Shown here: positions 37,427 to 51,200 of the stretch, in pieces
How the letters are laid out: each line of letters opens with the position of its first letter
Position numbering within the stretch: position 1 is the stretch's first letter
Origin: Paraspadella gotoi
Lineage: Eukaryota; Animalia; Chaetognatha
Length of the DNA: 64,000 nucleotides
Assembly: GCA_051294375.1 (NCBI GenBank)
Contig: CM119271.1
Span: forward strand, 12,059,620 to 12,123,619
Direction: 5' to 3'
Position numbers and translations under genes: made by a program
Notes under the pieces: model-generated
Database searches by the model: none
What the model was told of the DNA's origin: nothing
What the model saw: only the letters and a program-made list of their open reading frames with translations

Positions 37427-39252
37427 TCAACTTTGCGGCGGCGGATGTGATTGTGATTGTGAGTGAGGAAGGGGTTGGATGTGCTGCTGGTGATGCTTCC
37501 CGGACCCGTAGATCATCGAAGGACCCGAGTGCTGCGCCCCATAGGCACCATGGCGAAGGGCCGCGTCGTAAGCAGCAGCTGCGGCTGTTTTTTTTTTTCA
37601 ATTCGTAAATATGTTTAATAAATATTATTTATTAAACACGGATTATTATCATTAATACATATCATCGGTGGAATTACTTACCGGCAGCGGCCTGGTGATG
37701 ATTGTGCGAGCTGGCGAGGTTGTGCTGCTGAGGGATTCCCGACGACGGCGCGTAAAACGCTTGATGGTGATGATGCGACGCTGCGGCGGCGGCGGCGACG
37801 GCGGCGTCGTTGGTCGGCGGCGTCGTCGTCCGCCCCGAATTGTTGGTCGCGTGAGGATGAGATGAGTAGACGATATCGTGACGTCGCGAGGGATAATCCA
37901 TTCCGGCGACGTTCCCCCGTTGATGAAGGGGAGGGATCTGTAAATATTGGCATTTTTTTTTTTAATAATAAAATTATATCTTAGTATTCGGCTAATTAAT
38001 TTTCTCTCTCTCTCTCTCTTTCTCACTCTCTCTCACCGATATGTTGGCGTATCCGGGATGAACAGTGACGTTGGGCGGGGCTCGACTCGCCATATGAGAA
38101 GCGGCGGGAATATGAGGCTGCGTCTGATGCGGAGAGTAAGAGTGATGATGGAAATGAGCCGCTGCGGACATCCGCTGCTGCGCTGCTGCGTAAGCTTGAA
38201 GGTGTTCCTTGGCGGAGGCGGCTTGAGGTGCGGATCCTGAGCGAGAAAATATATTTGGAAGGAATTTCATTATCAAAGAAGAAACCTAAAATCAGAAAAA
38301 AGTTTTCATCAAGACTCTTGCAATTGAGTTAATTTGCCAGGAACAAACTCTTGCGGATTCGCGAATAAACTTTTGTGGATTTAATTCATTGATTAATGTC
38401 TTATTTAAATAAATATTCATTGATTATTCAATATTCATTCATTCGTCATTGATAATTATTTATTTGATTCATTACCCTTTTCTCATAAGTTAATAATTAA
38501 TATTTTATAGCAAAGGTGTTGGGTACTACATCGTGTTAACTTAGTAATAATATAGATCAGTAGCTACTGCTTAACGAACGCTAAGGAATAACTGAGTAGC
38601 GACTCTGGGCTAGTGAAACTGTTGACGCATTGCTGCCCGCGTTCTATGGCATACGAAACATTTTAAGCTACCCCTTTGGTCTGCAGCCGCCCATCAACTC
38701 GTTAGGGGATCCGCATGGTTTGCCCCCTTACAGTGGTGCATTCGTCCTTTTTCCATGCCTTGTGTGTTCTTTTGGTCCGGAGTGTGTCAACAATTTTCCC
38801 TCTCCCACTGGAGTGCTACCTCGCGGTCTTTCGGCCTATTTAGACATTTTCTGAGTTGCTGCAGATTTTAGACCACAAAAATCCATCAGCAGTTCTATTA
38901 ATGTGACAGCCCTTTGGGTTAGGCATTGCTGTGAAGACATAGTTTCTCATTTTTTTATTCATGAATTTCGCCTGGATCTTATTGCGAAAAAGAACTTTTT
39001 GTTAGTGCTGAAAACTAGATTGGCCAAAGGAGGGGTGTTTACCCCTAACAGCTTGGCTTTCCTACTAGTTTAGTAGTTTCATATTTTTTGTAAAAACTGC
39101 ATGTTTTAATTGTATGAAAGGACCACTTCCCCATTGGGGAATCCCCAAGTATCAGAACGGGGGAATACTATTTTGCTAGACGTACATTGTATAATGTATA
39201 ACCAAGCGAATATTCTAGATAATCAGAGTTTTAGACCGGACCTTTTTAGGTC

Positions 39253-39298
<46 letters not shown>

Positions 39299-42200
39299 AA
39301 CCTCTGCCATGGGGTCCTGACAATCCGTACGGCACTTGATTGTGATGAGTAGGGAATCCGTGAGAAGAGGAATAACCGGCTTGTTGGGGAAAGAAAGAAG
39401 AGTAGTGATCTCCCGTGAGTGGGTGGCCACTCGCGACTGAGTGGGCGTGTCCCGTGACCAAGTGGGCGTGTCCCGCGACCGGGTGGTTGCCGCAATGCCC
39501 GGCGAAGCCTTGCATCTCCTCGGAATCCTCGTTGCCCATTATTCCGTTGGTCATTTGCTGCAACTTCCCCAAAGCGTGTGGACTCGGCGACGAGGGCCTC
39601 CCCGCGCTGGCCGAATACATCTCCGACGATGCAGCCGCCACCGCGGCCGCCGCCGCCGCTGCCTGATTGCTCTTTTGGTCTTTGCTCTTTTTTTTGGTCT
39701 TGGATTTGGTTTTAGGCGGAGGACGCGCTTCCGACGCCGGCGGAGGCGTGACTTTGGAGGCGGGTCGTTGTTGTTGTTGCGAATGAGGAAGCAAATACTG
39801 ATGATTATTGGGCATGACTTGCTGCTGCATTTGATTCTGCAACATTTGATGCTGATGGTAGACGTGAGAGTATCCGCCGTTGGGCGAAAAGGCGGCGTGA
39901 TAGCCGGCGGCGTAGTTGGCGGCGGCGGCGGCGGGGGAAGGAACGCCGTGCAGCGCGGGCGGCGTCCGGCGGCTGTTCGGCTGCGGCTGATTGTAAGGAT
40001 TCGTCTTGTGCGGTAGAGGATTGGGAGCGGGCGGCGTGGCGCCGGTCGGGTACGCCCTCGTCGATTGGGACGATTGCATCGAGACGCTTTGAGAATATTG
40101 AACGTTGTGTCGTTGTCCCTGAGGTGGAGTTGGCGTTTGAGGGGGCTGTAATGTAATAGTAATTTTATCTCTTTTTAAAATTAATTAAATTTAATTTTAA
40201 TTCTCCGACAGAAAAAGAAAATAAAAAGAGACCTGTTGATGATAAGGGTTGGTCTTGTGAGGCAAAGGCGTTGGCATATGTTGGAGAGCATGGTTGAGAT
40301 TCTGCTGAATTTGGTGTTGCTGTTGATGAGTTTGGCTCGAGTGAGGATTTTGAAGGTAAGGGGAAAGGTTGGGTTGAGAAGAGGGTCTCTGTTGTTGCTG
40401 CTGAGCCTCGTTCATAGAATTAGACGTCTGCTGTTGCTGCTGCTGCTGCGGAGAGACTTGCGAATGAAAGCTTCGTGGTGACATTTGAAAAGCGTGTCCC
40501 GGTCCACTGCCCATCATCATGAGCGGCGATGGATGAGGAGAAGACAAAGAGGAACTCGACCGGACGTTGGACATTTGTTGCTCCGTCGGCGTCGCCGAGT
40601 GGTGAGACCCGGGGTTGACGGCCGCGCCCGGCGTCAGGCGACCCCCGGGACCGGCGGCGCTGGCGGGCGAGGCGTGCCCGTAGGAGGAATGACTCACCGA
40701 GCCGTGAGGGCTCTGGTTGCTGCGCATGCTGTGGACGCTGAGCGGATTCTCCATCGGCGCCACGTTGTTGGGATGAGGTTGATTCAAGGCGTCGCCGCCG
40801 CCACCGACTCCGGCGTTGATGCTATGGACGCTGTGCGGTCCAGAGCAGTTGGAGAGCGGCGTCGGCGGGGGACTCGTCAAGTTAACTCCCGAAACGCCGG
40901 CCGACGGCGGAGCTTCCTGAGCAGTCGGAGGACAAGGGGCGAAGCCTTCCTCCAAAGGATTGTAGGATTGCGAGCTCAGAGGAAATCCTTCGTTTTGAGA
41001 TTGGAAATGATCGGGCATAAAATTTGGTGGCTGTGGTTGTTGTTGTTGTTGGTGGTGGTGGTGGTGGTGAGCGTGAATCTGTTCTGTTTCCGTCATCCTT
41101 TGAGTCATGATGTGTTCGACCGACTCGGAAGAGTCCCGATGATTCCACACGTGTTCAGGATAAAAATACTGATCCGTTTCCCCCGGCATCGGGATCTCGT
41201 TCAAGGAAGCGGACTCTCCGGGGGTCGGCAGAGCCTCGCCGGGCAAAGCCTCGCCGACAAGCGCGTCGTGGGTTAAAGCTTGGCCGGAGACGGTGTCGCC
41301 GACCAGCGCCTCGTCCGGTATCGAGCTCGAAGTTTCCTCGATCGAAGCGACAGTTTGGTCGAGGGAAATGTCCGCGTCGAAGTTCATGTCGAAATTGGAG
41401 ATGTTGAGATCCTCGTCCATTTGGCCCAACTCTTCCGTCCGCGCGTCCCTTTCGGCCACGTTGCTCTCGACGCTCTTTAAGCCCAGCATGTTTTCCTGCC
41501 CCATCTCCATTCCTCCTTCTCCTCCTCGATCGTCGATCGGTTCGTCCTTCGCGATGTCGTCGTCGTCGTCGTCCTCGTCTTCCGTTCGATCCTCGAGACA
41601 TCTGTCCCCGTGAATCGGAGAAATTGGCGGCGTCGAATAAGAGGGGATCGTGTCCGAGGCCAGCGATTCAGCGCGGGACAAGGACTCGTCCTGCATGAGG
41701 GGCGTGTCCAAAGCGGCGTCGATGAAACTGTTCTTGGCGGTGCCGTCCAAATCCGGAGAATCTCGATGGCGAGAGGCTGGACGGCGCCCTTTGTCCGCGG
41801 CGGGGAGCGAGCGATCGTCGGCGGTGGCTTCGTGAGGGAGGGAGGAAGAGGAGGAAGGCGAGGCTGCCTCCGATTGGACGAAAGCGTGGGAGGAGGGAGA
41901 GGCGGACTCTGATTGGACGAAGGCGAGGATGGATTCGTCGGGCGGCGTCTCTGTCACGGACCCCGCCGAAATCAAAGTTTCTTCCACGGGCAGATTGACC
42001 TTCGCCTTTGTCTTTTTTCTTTTCGTTCCCTTCGCCGATAGGAAAGGCGCCGCCGCAGACACCGCCTCGGCCTCTTTGATCTTGGCCGCATTGGAGGCCT
42101 CTTCTCCGCTCGACAACGCCTTCTCGACGACTTTGGTTTTGCCGGAGGCGGGGTGAGAGTTCGCCGCCGATGTTGTCGTTCGAATGTTGGAAACGACGGT

Positions 42201-45200
42201 GGAGGGCGTTGATTTTTTAGCGGTGATCCATGATGAGATAGGAGCGACGGGTTTGACGAGAGGCTCTTCCTTTTCGGGACTGTTTAATTTTAAACTATTT
42301 TCATTGATCGAAGACATTGGAATGGATTGCATCCAGGGCGAGGCTTCAAAGTCTCCATTATCCAACTTCGTTGAGGCAACGATGTCTGATGAAGAATGAG
42401 TTAAAGCGTCCTCGTCGTCAAGGGACGGACGAGAGGCCAAGACTTCTTCGTTGTCCAGGGACGGACAAGAGGTCAAAGCGTCTTCGTCGTCTAGGGAGGG
42501 ACGAGAGGCCAAAACGTCGTCCAAGTCGTTGGCCGGCGTCATCACTTCGTCGTACAACGACTCCTATAGAAAGAAATTAGTTAATAAAAAAAAAATGATG
42601 GAACAATTCGTATCCGGAATACTTAAGCTCAACCATTAAGCTTTAAAAAACAATTCACAAATGTATGGAAAGGCTACAACTTAATTCCTAAACTCGAGAT
42701 ACAGAATACGAAAAATGATGATGAAAAAAAAAACTAAAGACAAGAGGACCTCTGGTAGGATTCCAGCAGACGGAAGATGGTCGTCCGCGGCATCGGAGGA
42801 TGTCATGGGAGCGTCGAGGAGCGTCGGTGACGAGCCACTCGGAGAGCAGTCGTCTTCAGCGCCGCCTGAGGTCAAAAATTAAGTTTAAATATAACGTAAC
42901 GATAAGTAACAATAAAACAAACGGTGGAATATTTTTATTAAAAAAACGAACCAAGCAAAGAAGCCAAGCGCTTGGCCGCTTGCGCGGACTCGATGCGGTC
43001 GTCGGGATTTCGACGAGAGGATTCAAGCCTCGTCGTCCCCTCCGCCGTCGCGCCGAAGCAAATGTCGCGGGAGGACGAAACGCTGCGACTGGAAAAAAAT
43101 AAGACCATAAAAAATATAATATAATAGGCATTTTATGTGATTAAAATAACTAAAATAAATACCCGACTTTTCTCTCAACCGCGTCGTTCGGTTCGAACGG
43201 CGCGGAAGCGGTCGTCGCCACGGTGATTTCGCTCAAACCCTCGGAGATCGAAAAAGACGGCGTCGCAGCAGGAGGTGCGGCCGGAGCGGCGGCTGATGTA
43301 GCGGAGGCGTCCTCGTCGGATTTAGCCGGACGATCGACGACGAACGTCGAGAAGGAAGTCGGCGTCAACTCGGCGTCTTCCGCGTCGACAGAGAGGCCTT
43401 CGGCTTCCGGCGCCAAAGCGGAGATCGTCGACGCCGGCAGCGGCGCGTCGGGGCTCGAACTCCCGCCGTCCAAACGCGTCGACGAGTCTGTCGAGAGTTG
43501 AGAAGTCGGCCGCTGCCGCAAACTGGACTCTGCGAGTCGAGCCTGAAGGTTCGTGTATTTCAGACGAGACTTAATCTCTTTGGCGGAAGGGAATTTCAGA
43601 GAGGCGGCAGCGGTGGCGGCGGAAGCGGGGACGGCGAGGTCGTCGGACGGAGTTTCGGAAAAGGCCGCCGCCGCCGCCGACGCGCACCGCGCAGCAGTAA
43701 GATAAGTCGAATTGAGGGGAAAAGAAGAAGCAGAGGCTGCGGAGGAGGCTGCAGAGGATGCGGCTGCGGAAGCGGCGACCGTGGTAGTCGTCGTCGTCTT
43801 GGAGACGTTTAATGCTTTGATGGCGCTAAAGCTGAGAGTCCCGGTCGGACCTTTGCTAATAGGCGGAGAAACCTGCAAAAAAAAGCAGTTGCTAACCGTT
43901 TCAATTCAATTACAATAAAATTTGCTAATATTTTTATAAAATTGGTACTGTGGCAGCAAGACTTAAAGCTGCCTCACTGCTGTCCGTCCTCAGCCTCGTC
44001 TCAATGGCTGAGCAGGCTAAATCATCTCATTCCATCCGTGCGTCCCGGGTTCAATCCCTGAGGGTCCGCAGCCCCTACGCCAGTTTGTGAGATACCCCGC
44101 GCCCCGGGTATCACAGGCTATCCTCCCGTTGCCATAGTACAACCAATATAAAAATTATCCATTCATTTAATAAATAAGTTATCTTGCCCCTGACTTTGGA
44201 CAGGCTTTAGTGGTTTAAGGCCTCCATCATTCTTACAAGATAATGACATAGTATGGTGGACAAAAATCCACCAACAGTTCATCAGCGGTAATAGGTGCAG
44301 GAGGCAAGTCATTCGCCTCCCAACCCAAAGGTAAAAGAGATTAATTATTTTTCATAAAAATAAAATTACTATACTTTGTAATTATAATAGTCTAATATGT
44401 TTATAATTTTTTATTTTGTTTTTTAAAATATTTTGAAAATTGTAGTGTTGTGGCGGTATATTCACACCGCCTCACGTCCACCATCGTTCAGCCAAATCCA
44501 TTGGCTCAGAGGGGGAACACACCATCCCAGGCGTAGTGTTCCATCCACAGTCCTAATGACTTCCCTCGGCGTTGGCAAAGCGAGACCTTCCTAGGGTAAC
44601 CCCAAAAGTGACTGGAGGCGTCACTGAGGGTCGGAAGCCCCCAAAGCCAACAGTGAGATGCCCCATCCCAATGGGCAACACAGGCAACACGGCTGTTGCC
44701 ATAGTGTAAAATTTAAAAAAAAAGGTTTTATATTTTTTAAATCAATTTTTAATTTTATTTTTTTTTAATGTTTTTTTATTCTTCAAGCTTTTTTATGATT
44801 GCTTTTTTTCTCCATCCTTTTTTCGATTAAAATATTTTTCAATTTTTTTAGTCGGATCTGCTTACCGCAGATTCCGGCTTATAATTGACTTTGACGGTCC
44901 CGTCCCCCAAATCTTGTCGGGCATTCACTTATATCATGTCAGAACACCGAATTATGATAAATTGTCCGTCCGTCCCACCAATTACTCATGATTTGATGGA
45001 TGGATTGGAATGAAATTTTGTGTGTGGGTACTGGGTAGGAAAGTATGTGATTGAGCTGGAAATCAAGTTTCGATGGAATCTTCCGAGTGAAAATGAGTTA
45101 AAATGGAAAAAACAAAAAAATATAGTTTACTATTTGAACGCCAATTACTCATGAGTGAATGGGGCGATTGACTTAAAATTTTGTATGTGGCTTGAAAACT

Positions 45201-48200
45201 ACTACTTAAAGACGAAATTTGACAAGCTCTTTTAAAATTTCTTCTGCAGCTGCTGCAGCAACTGTGGAATGCTACAACTCTTAATATGGTTTGTGGAATA
45301 TTTAATGCACCACTAGCAATTATTCAAATTCCTTACATAAATTTTTTATTTCATTTTATTACTCAGTGTTCCGAATTACCCCGCACTACCCTATGAAAAA
45401 AAAATCAATACAATTTATATATTATATAAAAGAAGATGCCCCCCACCTTAGCCTTGAGCCCGGCCAGTGAGATCATCGTGTTGGGGTCGGACAAGAGCGA
45501 GGAGGGTCCGATGTCGTCATTGACGACTGAGCCGCCCGACGGCGTCGCCTCCTTTTTGCCCAGAAAATTAGAAGTTAATAAATAATTGGTCGGGGAGAGA
45601 GAAGAGACGGAGATCTTAGAGAGCGGCGTCGTCGTCGAGGACGGGATAGAGACGCCGTTGGGATCCACGACCAGTTTCGGGATCCCGAGGTCGTGATGAC
45701 CCGCGAAGACGAGTTGCGGAGGAGGAGGAGGAGGAAGAGGCACTGAGGTCGTCGGGAGAGATAAGGCCCCGTTGCCAGACAGCGATCCTTTCGATTTGGC
45801 GGTTGACGCCGCCGCCGTCGCCTCCGCCGCTTCCGCCGCCGCTAAAAGGTTTTTGATTTTGTTCGAGTTTCGCTTCTTGTTGGCGCCGATCTTGGCTGAC
45901 GATAGGACGCCGAGCTTGGCAGACGAATGGACGCCGAGCTTGGCAGACGATTGGACGCCGAGCTTGGCAGACGATTGGACGCCGGGCTTGGCAGACGATT
46001 GGACGCCGAGCTTGGCTGACGATTGGACGCCGAACTTGGCTGACGATTGAACGATGGGCTTGGGCACAGATTGAACTCCGAGCTTTGTTGGTAATTGGAC
46101 GCCGGGCTTGGCCAAAGATTGGACGCCGAGCTTGGCTGACGATTGGACGCCGGGCTTGGCTGGAGATTGAATGCCAATCTGGGATGGCAGTTGGGCGCTG
46201 GGTTTGACTGCAGATAGAACGCCGGGCTTGGCCTCAGATTGAACGCCGTGCTTGGCCGCAGATTGAACGGTGAGCTTAGCCGCAGATTGGATGCCACGCT
46301 TGGCATCTGGTTGGACTCCCTTTTTACTTTTAACAACGGCAGAGTGAGAGGCGGCGGAAAAGCGGCTAGTTTTCGATTTTCCTTTGTCTTTTTCGTCGCG
46401 GTTGCCGCCGCCTCCGCCGCCGCCATCGACCCTGGTCTTCTTCCCTTCGTGGTCCGAGGATCGTGATGGTCTTGATTCAGTAGAAGACGAGTGAACCTTC
46501 GAAACGGCGCCGGTGGATTTGACGGACGAAGACGAAGTGGACGACGCGAGGGAAGAGTTAACGACCGAGGCGTTCTGTGCCGGCGGAGGGACTGGAGGAA
46601 GGCCCGTCGTAGGAACCGTCGTTCGAATCCCGAGGGGGAAAGAGGTTATCGGCACCGGAAAAGATCCGGCGGCGGAAACTGATGAAGGAGTAGCCGATGA
46701 AGCGGAGGACACAGCCAGGAGTTGTGGAGAAATCACTGAGGGCGAGAAAAAGTTGTGGAAAAATCGCTGCATAAATTATGAACTTAATAGCTTAATGTTT
46801 TCGGTATTGAAGATTTATATCAATATTATTAAATCAATATTAGTAATTCAATAAAATATAGGTAAAATATAGGTAAAAAGAATTTATATACTTCTATTTG
46901 TATTTATTTCAAACATAAACATCACGAATAATAATCAGCAATCAGCCCTTTCATCAATCACAATAATCAGATTGTCAGATGTACTATTGGCGAACTTACA
47001 TTTCGGCATTCCCAAAATCGGAACTGAACTTGAGGAAATAAAGGGAATGAAGGATGGATGCAAATCGCGACTTTGAGGCGGGAACGACGCGGCTGCGGGA
47101 AAGAGCAAAGGTAAGGTAAGGTAAGGAATGAATTCAATGAAATAGTTAATATACCTTTTATTTCCAATACAACATGGCTGTTTTAGTACGTACCATAACA
47201 GCAAGCAATATGAGGTCTAATGTGAATATTAAAAGAAAATAATAATCTAACATAGCGGAGAAAGAAATAATCCCCTAAAGAATAACATCCAAAAATTTTT
47301 CGTAAACCATCGTTAATAGCTACACTTATCTACACTACACTAATTGATGAATCAAGAGAAAGAAAGAGTATAATTATGAAAGAGAAAGTTTTCCCCAAGA
47401 TCAGAACCCGAGCGTTCCCTTTAACCTGTCGTAGCGTTCGAAGTTAGAGGAATTTTCCCGCCAAAAATTCCTGGGATCGAAGACGGAATCGAAACGGAAG
47501 AGAAAAGCAAATTGGCGCCATTCGAACGGGTCGTCGTTGATGTGGTCGTCGTCGTCGTCGTCGCGGCGATCGTCGCGACGGGCGTTTCAATCGCCTTCAC
47601 GACTCCGGAAGACGACTTTTCCGAGGAGCGTGATCCAGATGTCGCTCTAGAGCACTTCTTTTTCGGACGAGGCGCCGTCGCCGCTGATTTGGCCGCCTTA
47701 CCCGCCGCTTCGCCCGCTGCCGTCTCGTTCGGACGCTGTGCTGCGGAGCGGAAAACCGGAAGGAGCAGAGGGGCGGCGGGTGGAGTTAAGAGGGCGTTGG
47801 GGTTGGATTGGGAAAAAGTACGCGGCGGGGGTGGAGATAGCCGTTGAAAGAGCGGCGACGAAAGAGACGAAGTAGGCGTTGCCGACAAATATGGCGCTGA
47901 CGGATGACTAACAACGGAGGGAACTGCCGTCAGTGATGGCATAGAGTTGGCTGACAAAGATGTCGCGGCCGACAAAGAGGGCATCGAAGCAGGCGATGAC
48001 GACGAAGGCATCGAAGCAGGAGTGGCCGACAAGGAGGGCATCAAAGCAGGCGTGGCCGACAGGAGGGCATCAAAGCAGGCGATGACGACGAGGATGGTAT
48101 CGAAGCAGGTGTGGCCGACGAGGATGGTATCGAAGCAGGCATGGCCGAGGATTGTATCGAAGCAGGCGTGGCCGACAAGGAGGGCATCGAAGCAGGCGTG

Positions 48201-51200
48201 GCCAACAAGGAGGGCATCGAAGCAGGCGTGGCCAACACGGATGGCATCGAAGCAGGCGTGGCCGACAAGGAGGGCATCGAAGCAGGCGTGGCAACAAGGA
48301 GGGCATCAAAGCAGGCGTGGCCAACAAGGTGGGCATCGAAGTAGGCGTGGCCAACAAGGATGGCATCGATGCAGGCGTGGCCGACAAGGAGGGCATAGAT
48401 GCAGGCGTGGCCAACAAGGATGGCATCGATGCAGGCGTGGCCAACAAGGATGCATCGATGCAGGCGTGGCCAACAAGGATGGCATCGAAGCAGGCGTGGC
48501 CAACAAGGATGGCATCGAAGCAGGTGTGGCCGACAAGGTCATTGATGCTGGGGGGAGTGTCGAGAGAGGAGAAGTGTGAGGGGCGAGGGATGGTGGACCA
48601 TTGCTGGGAGGTGAACGGACGGTGGCCGGGGAGATTCGTGGAGGAAGAGGAGAAGACAAAGGGGAAGACAAAAGAGGAGGAGGTGATTGCGTCCTCGAGT
48701 TTATAGGGAAATTGCTGAGATAAAGAAAAAAGAAGTTGATTTATTTACGTTATTTATTTATTTATTTATTTTCCATTTAAGTACACTGCGGCGCAAAAAA
48801 AAGTAGCAGCTTTAAATACCCCACTATTTTTTTTAATTTTATAAAAATATTGATGAAAAGTATAGCTTTTTTAAAAAGCTATTGATTGGTGTAAAAAAAA
48901 ATTTATTGGTTCAGGCAGTAGAATACAGCAATACTTTAAAGAAAAAAGTTATGAAGAAAAGTGAATTTGGAAAATCCCTCACATAGAATTAGGGATCTTG
49001 ATAGATATTAGAATATGTATCTAAGCAATATGAATGTCATAAAATTTTTCACAACCACAATAACAACCTTTTTCATTTTATAGTTTTTTTAGTTAAAAAA
49101 ATCCGTGTAGATAAAAATCGATTTTCCTGTTTGATTTTGGAACACTCAAGTTTAAAAAATAATATCTCTTAAACAACTTGAATGATTGTAATATATTTTA
49201 AATACATTGATTCATTTTTTATCAAATTTTATTTTTTTTATATAATTTTTAAAAATATATCTATAGAGTGTCTGGAATTTAAAGTTATAAAGTAGCACTT
49301 TTTTTTTTTTGCACAGGACTGTAGAATTCCGCCATCCAATACGGTTTTTTCGATGTGAAAAAGTGAAAAAGTCGCCTCACTACTTTTTTTGCGCCTCAGT
49401 GTCAGTAGCGATGTTCCTATTCCCTTCTCATCCCTTCGGCCAACCATTACAGGGTTTTTAGACAAGTTGGGCTCAAGCCACAAGTCGGGGCACAAAAGTC
49501 CTCGCCTTCCTCCCTCTGAATATAATATATTCAATATATTCGTCTTTGTTATGCTTTAGAGCCATTATACTCCCTGACCTTGACAATTTTACTTGCTGAG
49601 AGACTAGTAAGAACCAATACTACCCAATAGTACCCATCTTTCCAGACATTGAACATATTAGCTTAGGGTTAAACAAAAATTTGCCATTGAATGAAAAAAA
49701 CTTGTACCCTCTCTGAAGATCCTTTAGCAGAGCGGAAGATTCCAGCGTCGGCGGCGCCTCGAGCACGGGTGGTCCGGATTCCATCCGCGAGCGATCGTTC
49801 CTTCGCGGCGGCGGCGCCAGCACGGGCGGACCCAGATCCTCCACGACCCGCGGCTCCATCTGGTGAGCGTGAGGGCCTTGAATGTCCAGCGATGGCGGCT
49901 CCGGGAATTCGTCGTCGTCCTCGGAGTGTTTCCTCATCCACTCGTCTTTCTCCTCCGACCCGCGCCTTCTCTTCCCCTCCTCGTCGAGAGTGACCATCTG
50001 CGGAAGTTCGGGCGGAAGATCGGGCGGCTCCAACGCGTCGAGATCGTCGACGTCTTCGTCGTCGTCGTCGCGGAATCCTCGTTCCGAGTCGTGATAGACC
50101 TGAGCGGAGAGAAATGGCGGATCCGAGTCGGAATCGTCCGAGTCGCCGGCGGCGTCCCGATCTCCTCGCGAGATGGGACCCGATGATCCGCCGTCGTCGT
50201 CGAGATCGTAAAGGTCGACCTTGGGCGGACCAAGATCATCGGGAGAGTCGGAGGCCGATGTCGGAGAGTCGCCAATCAGCGGCGGAAGATCCGAAGATTC
50301 CTCGTTCGATTCCTCGTCAGTCAAAGACGTCAGTTTGTCGGGGAAGTCTCCGTCGTTGTCGTCGTCGTTTTCTCCTTTTTTATTTTCTTCCTTCGCCGCC
50401 TCCAAGACGGCGAGAGTTTTCGAAGAATTCTCAATCTTCGGCGTCGTTTTGGAAATCGGCGTCGGCGGCGTCGGGGGCGCCGTGTCTGCTTCATTCTCCT
50501 TTTCGCTCTCCATCCTGCGACGCTTGTCCGGCGCATCCGCTCGTCCGGGGACGCCGCGTCCTTCCTCCTCCTTCTCGTCCATCGATTCGATCATCTTCCG
50601 CATCTGGTTGCTCTTGCTCCGCAGAGTCTTGATCGCCTTTTTCACCAACCTCGCTTCGTGCGTCTTCTTTCCGCCCACGATCTTAACTGCGCATGCGTTT
50701 CCCGCTGGGGCGGCCGCGGCAACACCGGCGGCTGCTGCGATGCCGCGTTTCTCGTCCGACAATAGGGAGATCGAGCTGGAGACTTCCTTCAACTCTCGCT
50801 CAGCGAGACGCTCTTCCTCGGCGACCAAGCCTTTCGACAGAGCGGGCGTCCACTGGAGACGCGACCCGTCCGCGTCGAGCCGTTTTCGTCCGGCCATTTT
50901 TCGGGCGTGGGCCTCGACGATTGCTCGGTCGACGACGAGGGCCGGCCTTCCGTTCTTCGTCGTGGTCAACATGTTGAGAGCGCGGAGTGTCTCGCTTACG
51001 TCGCTCGGCTGGATCCCCGTTTGGCGGGAGATCGTCTGGACGGAGAGTTTGGCGTCGCTCCGTTCCATCTCGACGTCCTCGCCAACGCCATCTGCGCCGC
51101 CCAAGCTTCCGCGCAGGGCGTAGCGATGAAAGTATTCCAAGATGGCCGTCCTCCAATAAGCCATGTAGGAGACCCGGCCGAGATCGGAGAGCGGGCGCTC

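Noticed and set aside
38590-38625. CTGAGTA...GAAAC hammerhead-like motif in a KAT6 intron
   Set aside because: Conserved G8 is absent and there are no convincing stems; probably part of an unidentified repeat fragment.
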